DNA of 36,155 nucleotides from an uncultured Lachnospiraceae bacterium (GTDB lineage Bacteria > Bacillota > Clostridia > Christensenellales > UBA1242): positions 1 to 36,155 of the forward strand of contig CAYQCO010000003.1 of assembly GCA_964416085.1 (NCBI GenBank), written 5' to 3'. Shown here in pieces: positions 26,776 to 36,106 of this stretch. Under the pieces are notes generated by a model. It was not told the origin of the DNA. It worked only from the letters and a program-made list of their open reading frames with translations, and searched no databases. Every line of letters starts with the position of its first letter. The stretch's first letter is position 1. Position numbers and translations under genes: made by a program.

Positions 26776-27315
26776 TTATCTAACTATTGCGTAAATCTCA
26801 CAATCGACAATTTTTCCATATCTGTCAACATCATATTTTTTTAATCTTCCTTCATATGACATCCCAATTTTTTGCATAACTTTGCTAGATGCAATGTTTC
26901 CAATTTGATGATGGGATTGAATTCGCACAAAGCCTTCTTCAAACATAAACTCTACCACCTTTTTTGCTGCTTCCGTCATAATTCCTTTTCCCCAGTGCTC
27001 ATCACTCAAAACCCAACCAATAGTGCATTTTTTGGTTGACAAATCTTTGGTATGAACGTCAACACATCCAACCACCTTACCAGTTTCTTTTAGTTCAATC
27101 GCCCAACAATAAGTGTATTTCTTTTTATAATTAAGCAAAACGACATCCGTCAAATATTTGATTGTCTCTTCAACAGACTTATGTGGCATCCATCTTAGAT
27201 ATTTTGTAACCACATCTTTTTTGCAATAACTTTCAAACATATCTGGTGCATCGCTTAATTTGAATTTTCTTAAAACAAGTCTTTCTGTTTCTAATTTAAT
27301 TGTTTGTTTCTCCAT
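26776..27315 (-). CDS. GNAT N-acetyltransferase (RimJ/RimL-like)
   Basis: LETERLVLR, WGKGIMTEA, N.AS.KVMQKIGM.YEG. Confidence 0.92.
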   Translation of the reverse strand: MEKQTIKLETERLVLRKFKLSDAPDMFESYCKKDVVTKYLRWMPHKSVEETIKYLTDVVLLNYKKKYTYCWAIELKETGKVVGCVDVHTKDLSTKKCTIGWVLSDEHWGKGIMTEAAKKVVEFMFEEGFVRIQSHHQIGNIASSKVMQKIGMSYEGRLKKYDVDRYGKIVDCEIYAIVR

Positions 27316-27326
27316 AATTTTTCTCC

Positions 27327-28322
27327 TTATAATAACTCTATTTTTAATTTTTTACATTGTTCTAGGGTTTCTTTGTCCCAATAACTTGCTTGAACTTCGC
27401 CAATGTGTGCACGTCCAAGCAGCAACATACATAGTCTACTTTGACCAATTCCGCCACCAATTGTAAGTGGCAACTCTTCTTTAATAATTGATTGATGATA
27501 AGCATAGTCCAGTCTTTCTTGTTTGCCAGACTTTTCAATTTGTCTTAATAAACTTTGCTTGTCTACTCTAATACCCATACTTGAAATTTCTAGTGCCATA
27601 TCTAACACTTCGTGATAGAAGAGCAAATCTCCGTCTAAACCCCAATCGTCATAATCTGGTGCTCTCATATCGTGTGGTTTTCCATCGCTTAAATCATCAC
27701 CAATTCCAATAATGAAAACTGTTTTATGTTTTTGAGTTATCAAATATTCTCTTTCTTTATCAGTTTTATCTGGATACATATCCAAAAGTTCTTGACTGGT
27801 GATGAAATAAACATCTTTTTCAATATCCACACTTTCAAAGCCTTTTGTTTTTAAGAATTCGCTAGTGTCTGCAATTGCTTTAACAATCTTTTTAACGGTT
27901 TTCTTTAAATAATCAATTGTCCTATCTTTTTCAACAATTACTTTTTCCCAATCCCACTGGTCTACGTATATTGAATGGGTTTCGTCAACTTTATCATCTC
28001 TACGAATTGCCGTCATATCAGTATACAAACCTTTGTGAATAGGAAAGTCGTATTTTTTAAGTGCAATTCTTTTCCATTTTGCAAGTGATTGCACTATTTC
28101 TAGTTCTTTGCCGTCCTTCAAAATATCAAATGAAACTTTTCTTTCAACACCGCTTAAATCATCTTGCAAACCACTTTCTTTTGTTACAAGCAATGGTGCT
28201 GACACTCTTGTCAAATCTAACTCTTTTGCCAATTTTCTTTCGAACTTATCTTTAATAAGTTTTATATATTTTTGTTTTTCTAATATACTTAAATGTGTAT
28301 ATTTGTCTTTAATAAATTTCAT
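27327..28322 (-). CDS. asnA: Aspartate-ammonia ligase (asparagine synthetase A)
   Basis: QSLAKWKR, HSIYVDQWDWEK, RAPDYDDW, TIGGGIGQSR, HIGEVQ. Confidence 0.97.
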   Translation of the reverse strand: MKFIKDKYTHLSILEKQKYIKLIKDKFERKLAKELDLTRVSAPLLVTKESGLQDDLSGVERKVSFDILKDGKELEIVQSLAKWKRIALKKYDFPIHKGLYTDMTAIRRDDKVDETHSIYVDQWDWEKVIVEKDRTIDYLKKTVKKIVKAIADTSEFLKTKGFESVDIEKDVYFITSQELLDMYPDKTDKEREYLITQKHKTVFIIGIGDDLSDGKPHDMRAPDYDDWGLDGDLLFYHEVLDMALEISSMGIRVDKQSLLRQIEKSGKQERLDYAYHQSIIKEELPLTIGGGIGQSRLCMLLLGRAHIGEVQASYWDKETLEQCKKLKIELL

Positions 28323-28520
28323 AATTTTTCTCCTTAAATTTAATCTATTTGTAAATTTTTATATTGCAACTAATTTCAAGGAGTAGAAAATTTACATAAA
28401 AACTCTCCTTAAATAGTTATTGTTGTCATCTATATTTTCGCCCGCCACGGCATTTGTCTTTTCCATAATACTTCTCCTTTTTAAAATTTTCTATGTAATC
28501 TCTATAAGAGTTACTAGCAG

Positions 28521-28558
28521 TAAATAAAAATAGCACACCCTTTTAGAGAGTGTGCTAT
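28521..28558 (-). terminator. Second terminator-like hairpin in the asnA leader
   Basis: TAGCACACTCT..AGGGTGTGCTA then TTTTT. Confidence 0.75.
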
Positions 28559-28591
28559 AAATATATGTTATTCTTTCTAACAACTATATTA

Positions 28592-28626
28592 AATAAAAAC
28601 ACTCCCTTGGATTTCAAGAGAGTGTT
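28592..28626 (-). terminator. Attenuator terminator just after the leader peptide
   Basis: AACACTCTCTTG-AAATC-CAAGGGAGTGTT then a T tract. Confidence 0.75.
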
Positions 28627-28647
28627 GACTAGACATTTTAAATATAC

Positions 28648-28731
28648 TTAGATTTTTTCAACAACAAAAATGAAACCCATATTATATGCGTTTAAATTAT
28701 TATTGTTGTTATTATTTATAAGTCTAAACAT
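28648..28731 (-). CDS. Asn-rich leader peptide MFRLINNNNNNNLNAYNMGFIFVVEKI
   Basis: Manual translation: 27 aa, 9 Asn (7 consecutive); GAAAGGA RBS; upstream of asnA. Confidence 0.8.
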   Translation of the reverse strand: MFRLINNNNNNNLNAYNMGFIFVVEKI

Positions 28732-28759
28732 AATATTGTCCTTTCATTTTTATACCCAT

Positions 28760-28788
28760 AGTCTAGCACACATTTTATTATATGTCAA
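28760..28788 (-). promoter_or_regulatory. sigmaA promoter of the asnA leader
   Basis: TTGACA, 17 bp, TAGACT with extended -10 TG. Confidence 0.7.
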
Positions 28789-28982
28789 CCATTTTAAAAA
28801 ATTCACTACATAAATTTACGAACACAAATTTTTAGTCACTCAATAATTTTTCAAGGTTTTCTAATGAGTTGATATGGGGTTTATACATCATTTTATATGA
28901 AAAACGATTTCCTTTGATGTTTCAATTTCTTCAATTATAATTCTTTATTTATAAGTCGCCCATATTTCGTTTATGGATGATT

Positions 28983-30059
28983 TTATTCGTTTTCGGTGGC
29001 CATTGCGAGTTTCTTTTGTTGGTCGGCTGTGGCAAGGGCAGTGAACATTTCGTCCAAATCGCCGTCCATAAAGTTTAGGATATTATACAGGCTGAGACCA
29101 ATTCTATGGTCTGTTACACGACCTTGTGGGAAGTTGTAAGTTCTAATTCTTTCACTTCTGTCGCCTGTTCCAATTTGAGATTTTCTGTTGTCCTTATATT
29201 CTGCATCTTTTTGAGATTGATAATAGTCATAGAGTTTTGTTCTTAGCATTGCAAAGGCTTTTTCTTTGTTTTGAGTTTGGCTTCTTTCGTCTTGGCAAGC
29301 AACAACTATCCCTGTTGGCATATGAGTAAGGCGGATTGCACTTTCTGTTTTGTTGACGTGTTGGCCACCTGCCCCGCTACTTCTATACAAATCTATACGG
29401 ATGTCTTTCATATCTAGTTCTACATCCACTTCTTCTGCTTCTGGCAAAATTGCAACAGTTGCGGTTGAAGTGTGGACTCTGCCTTGGCTTTCTGTTTCTG
29501 GGACACGTTGGACTCTGTGGACACCACTTTCATATTTGAATGTTGCATATGCGTTTTTGCCCTTGATTAAGCACATTGCATATTTCACTCCACCAAGTTC
29601 GGTTTCTTCCAAATCGACAATTTCGAGTTTAAACTTGTGGCTGTCGCAATACATTTGATACATTCTAAGAAGAGAGTGCGCAAAAAGGTTGCTTTCTTCG
29701 CCGCCAGCACCGCCACGTATTTCCATAACAACGTTTTTGGTGTCGTTTTCGTCTTTTGGAAGCAACAAAATTTTGATTTTTTCTTCGCTTTCCTTAATCT
29801 TTTCTTTAAGTTCAAGGCTTTCTTCTTTGAGCATTTCTTTCATATCCAAATCTGTTTCTATTTCGCTCAATTCTTCATTTGCTATTAAATCAGAATTAAG
29901 TTTTGTATATGCGTTATACTCTTCAATCAATGGTTGAAGATTGGCGTGCTCTTTCACCAATTTTTGCCATTCTTTGTTGTCAGCAATAACTTCTGGTTTG
30001 CTGATTTCTTCTGTCAAAAAGTCAAATCTTTTCTTTACATCATCCAACTTTGTAAACAT
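28983..30059 (-). CDS. prfA: Peptide chain release factor 1
   Basis: ESGVHRVQRVPETE (PxT), GAGGQHVN, ERIRTYNFPQ. Confidence 0.98.
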   Translation of the reverse strand: MFTKLDDVKKRFDFLTEEISKPEVIADNKEWQKLVKEHANLQPLIEEYNAYTKLNSDLIANEELSEIETDLDMKEMLKEESLELKEKIKESEEKIKILLLPKDENDTKNVVMEIRGGAGGEESNLFAHSLLRMYQMYCDSHKFKLEIVDLEETELGGVKYAMCLIKGKNAYATFKYESGVHRVQRVPETESQGRVHTSTATVAILPEAEEVDVELDMKDIRIDLYRSSGAGGQHVNKTESAIRLTHMPTGIVVACQDERSQTQNKEKAFAMLRTKLYDYYQSQKDAEYKDNRKSQIGTGDRSERIRTYNFPQGRVTDHRIGLSLYNILNFMDGDLDEMFTALATADQQKKLAMATENE

Positions 30060-30068
30060 ATTTCTCCT

Positions 30069-30884
30069 TTATTTTTTCACAACCACAATTCTGTCGTTGT
30101 TGTTGTAATCTTTTATTGTTTCTGTCTTGTAATCCTTAAAAATTTCGCACACGCTTGGCCCTTGATTGTAGCCTATTTCTAATATCAGTTGTCCGTCATT
30201 TTTTAGGTATTCCATATTATTTCTTATTATTCTATAAAAGTCCAGTCCGTCTGCTCCACCATCGAGTGCAAGCATTGGGTCGTGGTCTTTTACTTCCCTA
30301 TCCAAAGTTTTGCATACATCTGTTTCAATATATGGCGGATTGGACACAATTAGGTCAAATTTTTGTGTTAAGTTTTTGAACATATCGCTTTGTTTAAACT
30401 CTATGTCTAGGCCCAATCTTGTTGCATTTTTTTGGGCAATTTTTAATGCCTTGTCGCTAATATCTGTTGCGGTCACGTCTGCATTTGTCACTTTTTTGAT
30501 AGCGCAAGCAATAGCGCCACTGCCTGTGCACAAATCAAGGACTTTTGCTGGGCGTGTTTTTAAAAACTCTATTGCCTTGTCCACCAAAAGTTCGGTTTCT
30601 TGTCTTGGGCTGAGCACATTTTCGTCAACATAAAATTCTAGTCCATAAAAATATGCCTTGTTGAAGATTTTTGTGACTGGTTTGCCGTCTTTTCGCTCGC
30701 GGACTGCTTTCATTATTCGATTGGTTTCTTCTGTTGTGAGCAGTCGGTCTTTGATTAGGTCTGTGTAACTGCAATTTAGTGTTTCCATTATTATGCAATC
30801 TACGTCTTTTTCGTCAATGTTTAAGGATTTGAAATCTTTTTTTAAGTCTCTTCTTAAATTTGACAAATATACAGCGACTTTCAT
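30069..30884 (-). CDS. prmC: Release factor glutamine methyltransferase
   Basis: PRQETE, LDLCTGSG, SNPPY, LDGGADGL; AAAGGAG RBS before 30884. Confidence 0.95.
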   Translation of the reverse strand: MKVAVYLSNLRRDLKKDFKSLNIDEKDVDCIIMETLNCSYTDLIKDRLLTTEETNRIMKAVRERKDGKPVTKIFNKAYFYGLEFYVDENVLSPRQETELLVDKAIEFLKTRPAKVLDLCTGSGAIACAIKKVTNADVTATDISDKALKIAQKNATRLGLDIEFKQSDMFKNLTQKFDLIVSNPPYIETDVCKTLDREVKDHDPMLALDGGADGLDFYRIIRNNMEYLKNDGQLILEIGYNQGPSVCEIFKDYKTETIKDYNNNDRIVVVKK

Positions 30885-30906
30885 ACTCTCTCCTTTGATT
30901 AGGCTA

Positions 30907-30987
30907 GGGGGCGAATTAAATGCGTTCCGCATTTCGAGGGGCTTGCGCGCAAGCCCCTAGCACGCTTTCAGCGTGCCATTCGCCCCC
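30907..30987. repeat. Cloverleaf palindrome related to family A
   Basis: GGGGGCGAAT/ATTCGCCCCC closing three hairpins including GCACGC/GCGTGC. Confidence 0.75.
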
Positions 30988-31057
30988 GTCCCCATTCAAC
31001 AAAAAAAGTCCTTGCTTCCTGCCAAAAAAGATAGGCAAAAAAACAAGGACAAAATTG

Positions 31058-31276
31058 CTATTTATTTTCGTCTTCTAGATTATGTTTCTTCTTGAACTTA
31101 TCTACACGACCCTTTGTATCAACAAGTTTTTGTTGACCAGTAAAGAATGGGTGACATTTGTCGCAAACTTCAAGTTTGATTTGGTCTCCTGCTTTGGTAG
31201 ACTTGCCTTTGAATGTATTTCCACAAGCACAAACAAATGTTACTTCGTGATAATCAGGATGAATATTTTCTTTCAT
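31058..31276 (-). CDS. rpmE: 50S ribosomal protein L31 (zinc-binding type)
   Basis: [28 protein letters not shown]. Confidence 0.97.
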   Translation of the reverse strand: MKENIHPDYHEVTFVCACGNTFKGKSTKAGDQIKLEVCDKCHPFFTGQQKLVDTKGRVDKFKKKHNLEDENK

Positions 31277-31485
31277 AATTTATACCACCTTTTATATATT
31301 GCTTTATGATTATAAACGAAAATTTCGTCATTGTCAACACTTTATCCAAATTTTTTTTAAATTCCTTTTTGGTTTGAAGAAAAATTTTGAAAATATATTA
31401 AATTTGTTTGATTTTTTGTTATTAATTAGTTACAATAATAATGACTACTTTGTTAGTTAATATTTAAAAGGGAAGGTGAATAGAC

Positions 31486-31752
31486 TTGAATATTACAGAC
31501 GTAAGAATTAGACTTGTTACCAAGGCTGATAGCAAGTTGTTGGCAGTTGCTTCTTTCACCATCGACAACGCTTTTGTTGTTCACGATGTGAAGATTATCG
31601 CCGGCAACAACGGCAATTTCATTGCTATGCCATCTAGACAAACTCCAGACGGCGCCTACAAAGATATTGTCCACCCACTCAACACAGAAACAAGAGATTC
31701 TATCAGTGCGACAATCTTGGCTGAATACGAAAAAGCTAAACAAGAAGCATAA
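31486..31752 (+). CDS. spoVG: Septation regulator SpoVG (TTG start)
   Basis: [31 protein letters not shown]. Confidence 0.95.
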   Translation: MNITDVRIRLVTKADSKLLAVASFTIDNAFVVHDVKIIAGNNGNFIAMPSRQTPDGAYKDIVHPLNTETRDSISATILAEYEKAKQEA

Positions 31753-31805
31753 GTATTAGCTAACAAGCACAAAAACGAGCCATCGCTCGTTTTTTGTTTT
31801 ACCGC

Positions 31806-31890
31806 GGGGGCAGAAGCAACCGTTGCCAAGGCAACGGTTTGTCGCCCTGATGGGCGACCGGCACGCCTTATGGCGTGCACTTCTGCCCCC
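31806..31890. repeat. Cloverleaf palindromic repeat family A
   Basis: GGGGGCAGAAG/CTTCTGCCCCC with three hairpins. Confidence 0.88.
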
Positions 31891-31919
31891 AGCGCATAAA
31901 AAAAGTATCTTGCGATACT

Positions 31920-32297
31920 CTATTCTTCTCTATTTGACGACCCACAATTTGGACACTTGCCTTCTTTTTTGTCATAAACCGTTCCACAATATGCACAAGT
32001 GATGCTGTTGATTGAAGAAACTTTGTCCAAAATACTTTTGCCTGCATCAACCATATTTTCCATAAAAGAAGTTGGTTTGGTTGTCAAAGTTTTTATGTCG
32101 CCGCTATGACGGATAACCGCACTTACAACCAATAAACCCATACAAACCGTAAAGCCAATAAAACTAATAATTATGAGTGGCGAATTTTTCATATATCTAA
32201 CAGACATAAACCCACCGACAGTAAATAAGATAAAACAAACGAACAATCCAATGCCGGCAATTGTTGCGAGTATGGTTCCCAATTTTCTTTTGTTCAT
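31920..32297 (-). CDS. Small two-TM protein with C-terminal zinc ribbon
   Basis: Two hydrophobic segments; CAYCG...CPNCGS. Confidence 0.8.
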   Translation of the reverse strand: MNKRKLGTILATIAGIGLFVCFILFTVGGFMSVRYMKNSPLIIISFIGFTVCMGLLVVSAVIRHSGDIKTLTTKPTSFMENMVDAGKSILDKVSSINSITCAYCGTVYDKKEGKCPNCGSSNREE

Positions 32298-32605
32298 AAC
32301 AACATCCTTTTAAAACCAACAATATTTTTTGTTGTCATCATTATAATATATATGAAAAAAAATTTCAAGTGTTTTCACAAAATTAATTATTTAACAAAAA
32401 AGACTAGCATTGCTAATCTTTTTTTATAAAAATTCAAACCGCCACCAAACAACAGATGAAAGTTCCCCCACTCATTTGTTGTTGATTTTATTTTATACAA
32501 AAAAATTAATTTTAGCAAATAAATTTACATATTTTTTAAAAAAAATATTAAAAATTTAAGAAAAAATCTATTTTTAAGTATTTTTTAGCAATTAATTTAT
32601 TTTAA

Positions 32606-33889
32606 TTATTTATTAAATTTATCCTTTTTTCTGACCAAATTTTTCTCTTTTCCATTTCCGCTCGGCTCATAATACACGTGGTCTTTTAAACTATCTGGCA
32701 AATATTGTTGTTTGACATATCCGCCATAATCGTGTGGATATTTATACCCTTCAACGACTTCTGTATCGTAGTGATAATTCTTCAAATATTCTGGAATTTT
32801 GTCATCGCTAAATTTTTCTACATCCAAATTTGCTTTGCCCATTGCCTTGATTACACTGTTGGATTTTTCTGCCTCGCAAGCATAAATTATCGCGTGAGCA
32901 AGCGGAATATTTCCTTCTGGCATACCCAAATTTTTTATTGCATAATGTGCCGAAATTGCAAGGAGCAGAGCATTGCTGTCTGCCATTCCAATATCTTCAC
33001 TGCAATGGACAATAAGCCTTCTTGCAATGAGAAGTGGGTCGCAGCCAGCACTAATCAGCCTTTGAGAATAATACAAAGCCGCATCGCTATCTGAGCCACG
33101 TATACTTTTGCAAAAACAAGATAGCAAGTCATAATACGCATTTTCGTCAACGCTTATTGCCTTTTGTTGAACACATTGTTCGGCAATATTTTCATCAATA
33201 ATTATCTCGCCATTTTCGTTTGGGTCTGTGGTGAGCACTGCAAGTTCCAGTGCATTAAAAGCATTTCGCAAATCCCCACTTGAAGCAAATGCGAGATGTT
33301 GCAGGGCTTTTGGGTCAAGTCTAATGTTGAGTTTGCCATATCCCCTTTCTTCATCTTTGAGCGCCAAAACAAGTGCATCTTTTATGTCGTTGATTTCTAG
33401 TGGCAAAAATTTGAACACTCTGCACCTAGACACAATCGCCGGAGTCATACTTATGTGCGGATTTTCGGTTGTCGTTCCAATAAAAGTTATGTATCCCTTT
33501 TCCACCGCTTCCAACACACAATCGCTTTGCGCCTTGCTCCAACGGTGACATTCGTCTAATATCAAAAACGTAGTTTTGCCATAAAGTTCAAAAGTTTTTT
33601 TGGCTTGGTCAATAACTTTTTTGGCATCACCAACACCAGAACTTACCGCATTGAGTTTGACATAATCCACACCCATATTGTTGGCAATTATACTCGCGAG
33701 AGTTGTCTTGCCACAGCCGGGCGGTCCATAAAAAATGCAACTGCCCAACCTGTTGGCCTTGATTGCACGTCTTAAAAGTGAGCCCACACCCACAACTTGT
33801 TTTTGCCCAACAAACTCATCAAGTGTCCTTGCTCTCATTCTTTCGCTCAACGGCGAATTTCTCTTGTTAAAGTCAAATAAACTATCCAT
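32606..33889 (-). CDS. rarA: Replication-associated recombination protein A (MgsA/RarA)
   Basis: PLSERMR, GPPGCGKTT, LDECHRW, TTENP, KSIRGSD, SEDIG.AD, YKYPHD. Confidence 0.96.
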   Translation of the reverse strand: MDSLFDFNKRNSPLSERMRARTLDEFVGQKQVVGVGSLLRRAIKANRLGSCIFYGPPGCGKTTLASIIANNMGVDYVKLNAVSSGVGDAKKVIDQAKKTFELYGKTTFLILDECHRWSKAQSDCVLEAVEKGYITFIGTTTENPHISMTPAIVSRCRVFKFLPLEINDIKDALVLALKDEERGYGKLNIRLDPKALQHLAFASSGDLRNAFNALELAVLTTDPNENGEIIIDENIAEQCVQQKAISVDENAYYDLLSCFCKSIRGSDSDAALYYSQRLISAGCDPLLIARRLIVHCSEDIGMADSNALLLAISAHYAIKNLGMPEGNIPLAHAIIYACEAEKSNSVIKAMGKANLDVEKFSDDKIPEYLKNYHYDTEVVEGYKYPHDYGGYVKQQYLPDSLKDHVYYEPSGNGKEKNLVRKKDKFNK

Positions 33890-34136
33890 ATCCCCATTAT
33901 ATCACATCTCTAACAAAAAATAAAGCCCCAACCTAAAATTTCCTTAAAAGTCAAATCATCATCCACCAAATCAGTTAAAAATCTAAATTAAGTTTTTAAG
34001 CCCCAACCTAAAAATTCTAATTAAACATACACAATTTTTGAAATGTCAAACAAATTTAAGCACTTTTTTAAAAAACACCAAAACTCTCTTGCCTAAACAA
34101 AATCTTTGTGATATAATAGTTATGCTAAAAATCCAA

Positions 34137-34211
34137 GTCCCCTTAGTTAAATGGATATAACAGCTCCCTCCTAAGGAGCAGTTGTGAGTTCGATTCTCGC
34201 AGGGGATACCA
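34137..34211 (+). tRNA. tRNA-Arg (CCT)
   Basis: GTCCCCT/AGGGGAT acceptor, GCTCC-CTCCTAA-GGAGC anticodon arm, TTCGA, CCA end; TTGCCT-17-TATAAT upstream. Confidence 0.96.
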
Positions 34212-34283
34212 CTTCACCACAATTTGTGGTGTTTTTTGTTTTTTGATGTTATAATTTTTGTGTTTTGCACATATTTTTTCCAA

Positions 34284-35366
34284 TTATCTTTCTACCGTTT
34301 TTTCAAATTCATATGGCACAAATTCAAAATTAAAGCCTATGTATTTAGAGCGTGGCAAATTTTTATAATTTTCTATTGCTTCTTTGCAAGAAATGTCAAT
34401 ATAATTAATCCTGGCGATTTTATCATCAATTTTAACAAGCGGAATTATATATCTTTTTTTACCTTTTACACTTATGCAATATCTATCATTTAGATGTTCC
34501 TCTCCCGCATAAATATTCGTTGCTTTTTTAAATTTAATAAAACTTTGTTTTAGATAATCATCACCGCAATTTAGAATCAAATTGCAAACATCTTCTTCGC
34601 TCATTTTGTATAAATCATCAACACTAATAAAACCTTTTATATTCATACTTTTTACAATATCTGCAAAGAATTGCATAACTGCTCTGGTTTCATCGCTATC
34701 ATAATTGGCAAAAATAGGTAAAATTGTATGTAAGAAGTCCTTACAAATTTCTTTTGAATTAAAGCCCAATTCGTCATTTCCTTCTTCATTTTTTAATACA
34801 GAAATATCGTTATAATATCTTGAAATTTCATCCAAATTCCAAACATTATATGAAAACAATCCATTAGAGAAAGTATATTCAAGCCTATCTGCACTTAGTT
34901 TTGGTGTGTCGTTATCTGCGATTGGATAAATGTGATAATCGCAAATTTCTTCAACCAAAATACTATCACGATTTAGCAAACTCATTATTTTTTTAGAATC
35001 ACGAATAATCTGCTCAGTTCTTTCTTCTGTTGATTCTTGATGCTCAGAATCTCCATTCATAAAATCAATACAATGCTTAAACGTGGGAGAGGCTATGTCG
35101 TGAAAGAGTCCTGCAAGCGTTTGTTTTTTGCTATGAGTAAAATTCCAAATTATCAAAGCAACTCCAATGCTATGATCTAAAACTGAATTAAATGAGCGAT
35201 AGTTATACATAGCAGAATAATCCGTTCCGCAAAGCATACTTATTCCAGATAATCTACGCATTTCTTTTGTATCGACATAATCCAAAAGCCACTCTGGAAA
35301 AGTTGGCGACAAAATTTCGAAATATTTTTTTCTTAAATCGCCCAAATTGGCATAATAATTGTTCAT
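34284..35366 (-). CDS. HD-domain phosphohydrolase
   Basis: HSIGVA, AGLFHDIA..TFKH, LSADRLEY; start ATG 35366 inferred. Confidence 0.88.
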   Translation of the reverse strand: MNNYYANLGDLRKKYFEILSPTFPEWLLDYVDTKEMRRLSGISMLCGTDYSAMYNYRSFNSVLDHSIGVALIIWNFTHSKKQTLAGLFHDIASPTFKHCIDFMNGDSEHQESTEERTEQIIRDSKKIMSLLNRDSILVEEICDYHIYPIADNDTPKLSADRLEYTFSNGLFSYNVWNLDEISRYYNDISVLKNEEGNDELGFNSKEICKDFLHTILPIFANYDSDETRAVMQFFADIVKSMNIKGFISVDDLYKMSEEDVCNLILNCGDDYLKQSFIKFKKATNIYAGEEHLNDRYCISVKGKKRYIIPLVKIDDKIARINYIDISCKEAIENYKNLPRSKYIGFNFEFVPYEFEKTVER

Positions 35367-35514
35367 TCGTTCAATATCCTGTAACAATAGTATAACATAA
35401 ATTTTAAAATTGCTCAACTAAAGTTGGCCAATTTTTGTAATTTATTAATTTTATTCTACTCTCAATTTTTGAGATTGTCAAGCATTTTTCTCATTTTTTG
35501 AGAATAATATTTGT

Positions 35515-35703
35515 ATGTTTAAGGACAACTTAAAGACATTAAGAATCATTAATAATCTAACTCAACAAAAATTGGCAGAATTGTTGGGTGTAAGTTTCAA
35601 AACTGTAAGCCACTGGGAGTCTGGTTATAGCGAGCCCAATTTGCAGTTGTTGGAAAGAATAAAACAAGTTTTAAACACTAGTTATGACGAATTGTTGGAA
35701 TAG
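35515..35703 (+). CDS. Small XRE-family HTH regulator
   Basis: LK.LR...LTQQKLAELLGVS..TVSHWESG..EP. Confidence 0.88.
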   Translation: MFKDNLKTLRIINNLTQQKLAELLGVSFKTVSHWESGYSEPNLQLLERIKQVLNTSYDELLE

Positions 35704-35863
35704 ATTGACGATTTGGTATTGCACATTTTATTGTCTGTATTAATCTTTTGACTAGATTTGACCATATCATCCGCCCACTTGTTCAACAAGTGGGCACCTT
35801 CCTACTTAGGAAGGCTTACGCAAGTTAGGTGCACAACCAACAACTAGCCTGCCCAACATTCAG

Positions 35864-35989
35864 GCAGATACACTCGCTTCGCTCGGTATGACACCACACC
35901 CTGTCACATCGAAATTTTGTGCAACAAAATTGAGTATGTCTGGCTGGCGATTAAATACCGCACATTTTACCTATCATATTATACTTTCA
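35864..35989. repeat. REP/REPIN-like repeat family B
   Basis: CAGATACACTCGCTTCGCTCGGTATGACA followed by a 43-bp arm identical to 5211-5253 and a diverged spacer. Confidence 0.85.
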
Positions 35990-36106
35990 ACGAAAAACGC
36001 ATCATTTCGCAAAAAATAGCAACATATATTGCATCTTTACATTCTTTTATCAAAAGATTTGACTTTAAATGAAAAATAATGTATTCTAATTATAGAGGTA
36101 AAAAAA

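Noticed and set aside
28323-28790. T-box riboswitch upstream of asnA
   Set aside because: No AGGGTGGNACCGCG-type T-box sequence seen; AAGGGTGTG at the second hairpin is only a partial match.
26635-34211. tRNA-anchored genomic island
   Set aside because: No duplicated tRNA 3' end or integrase seen; intervening genes are mostly housekeeping.
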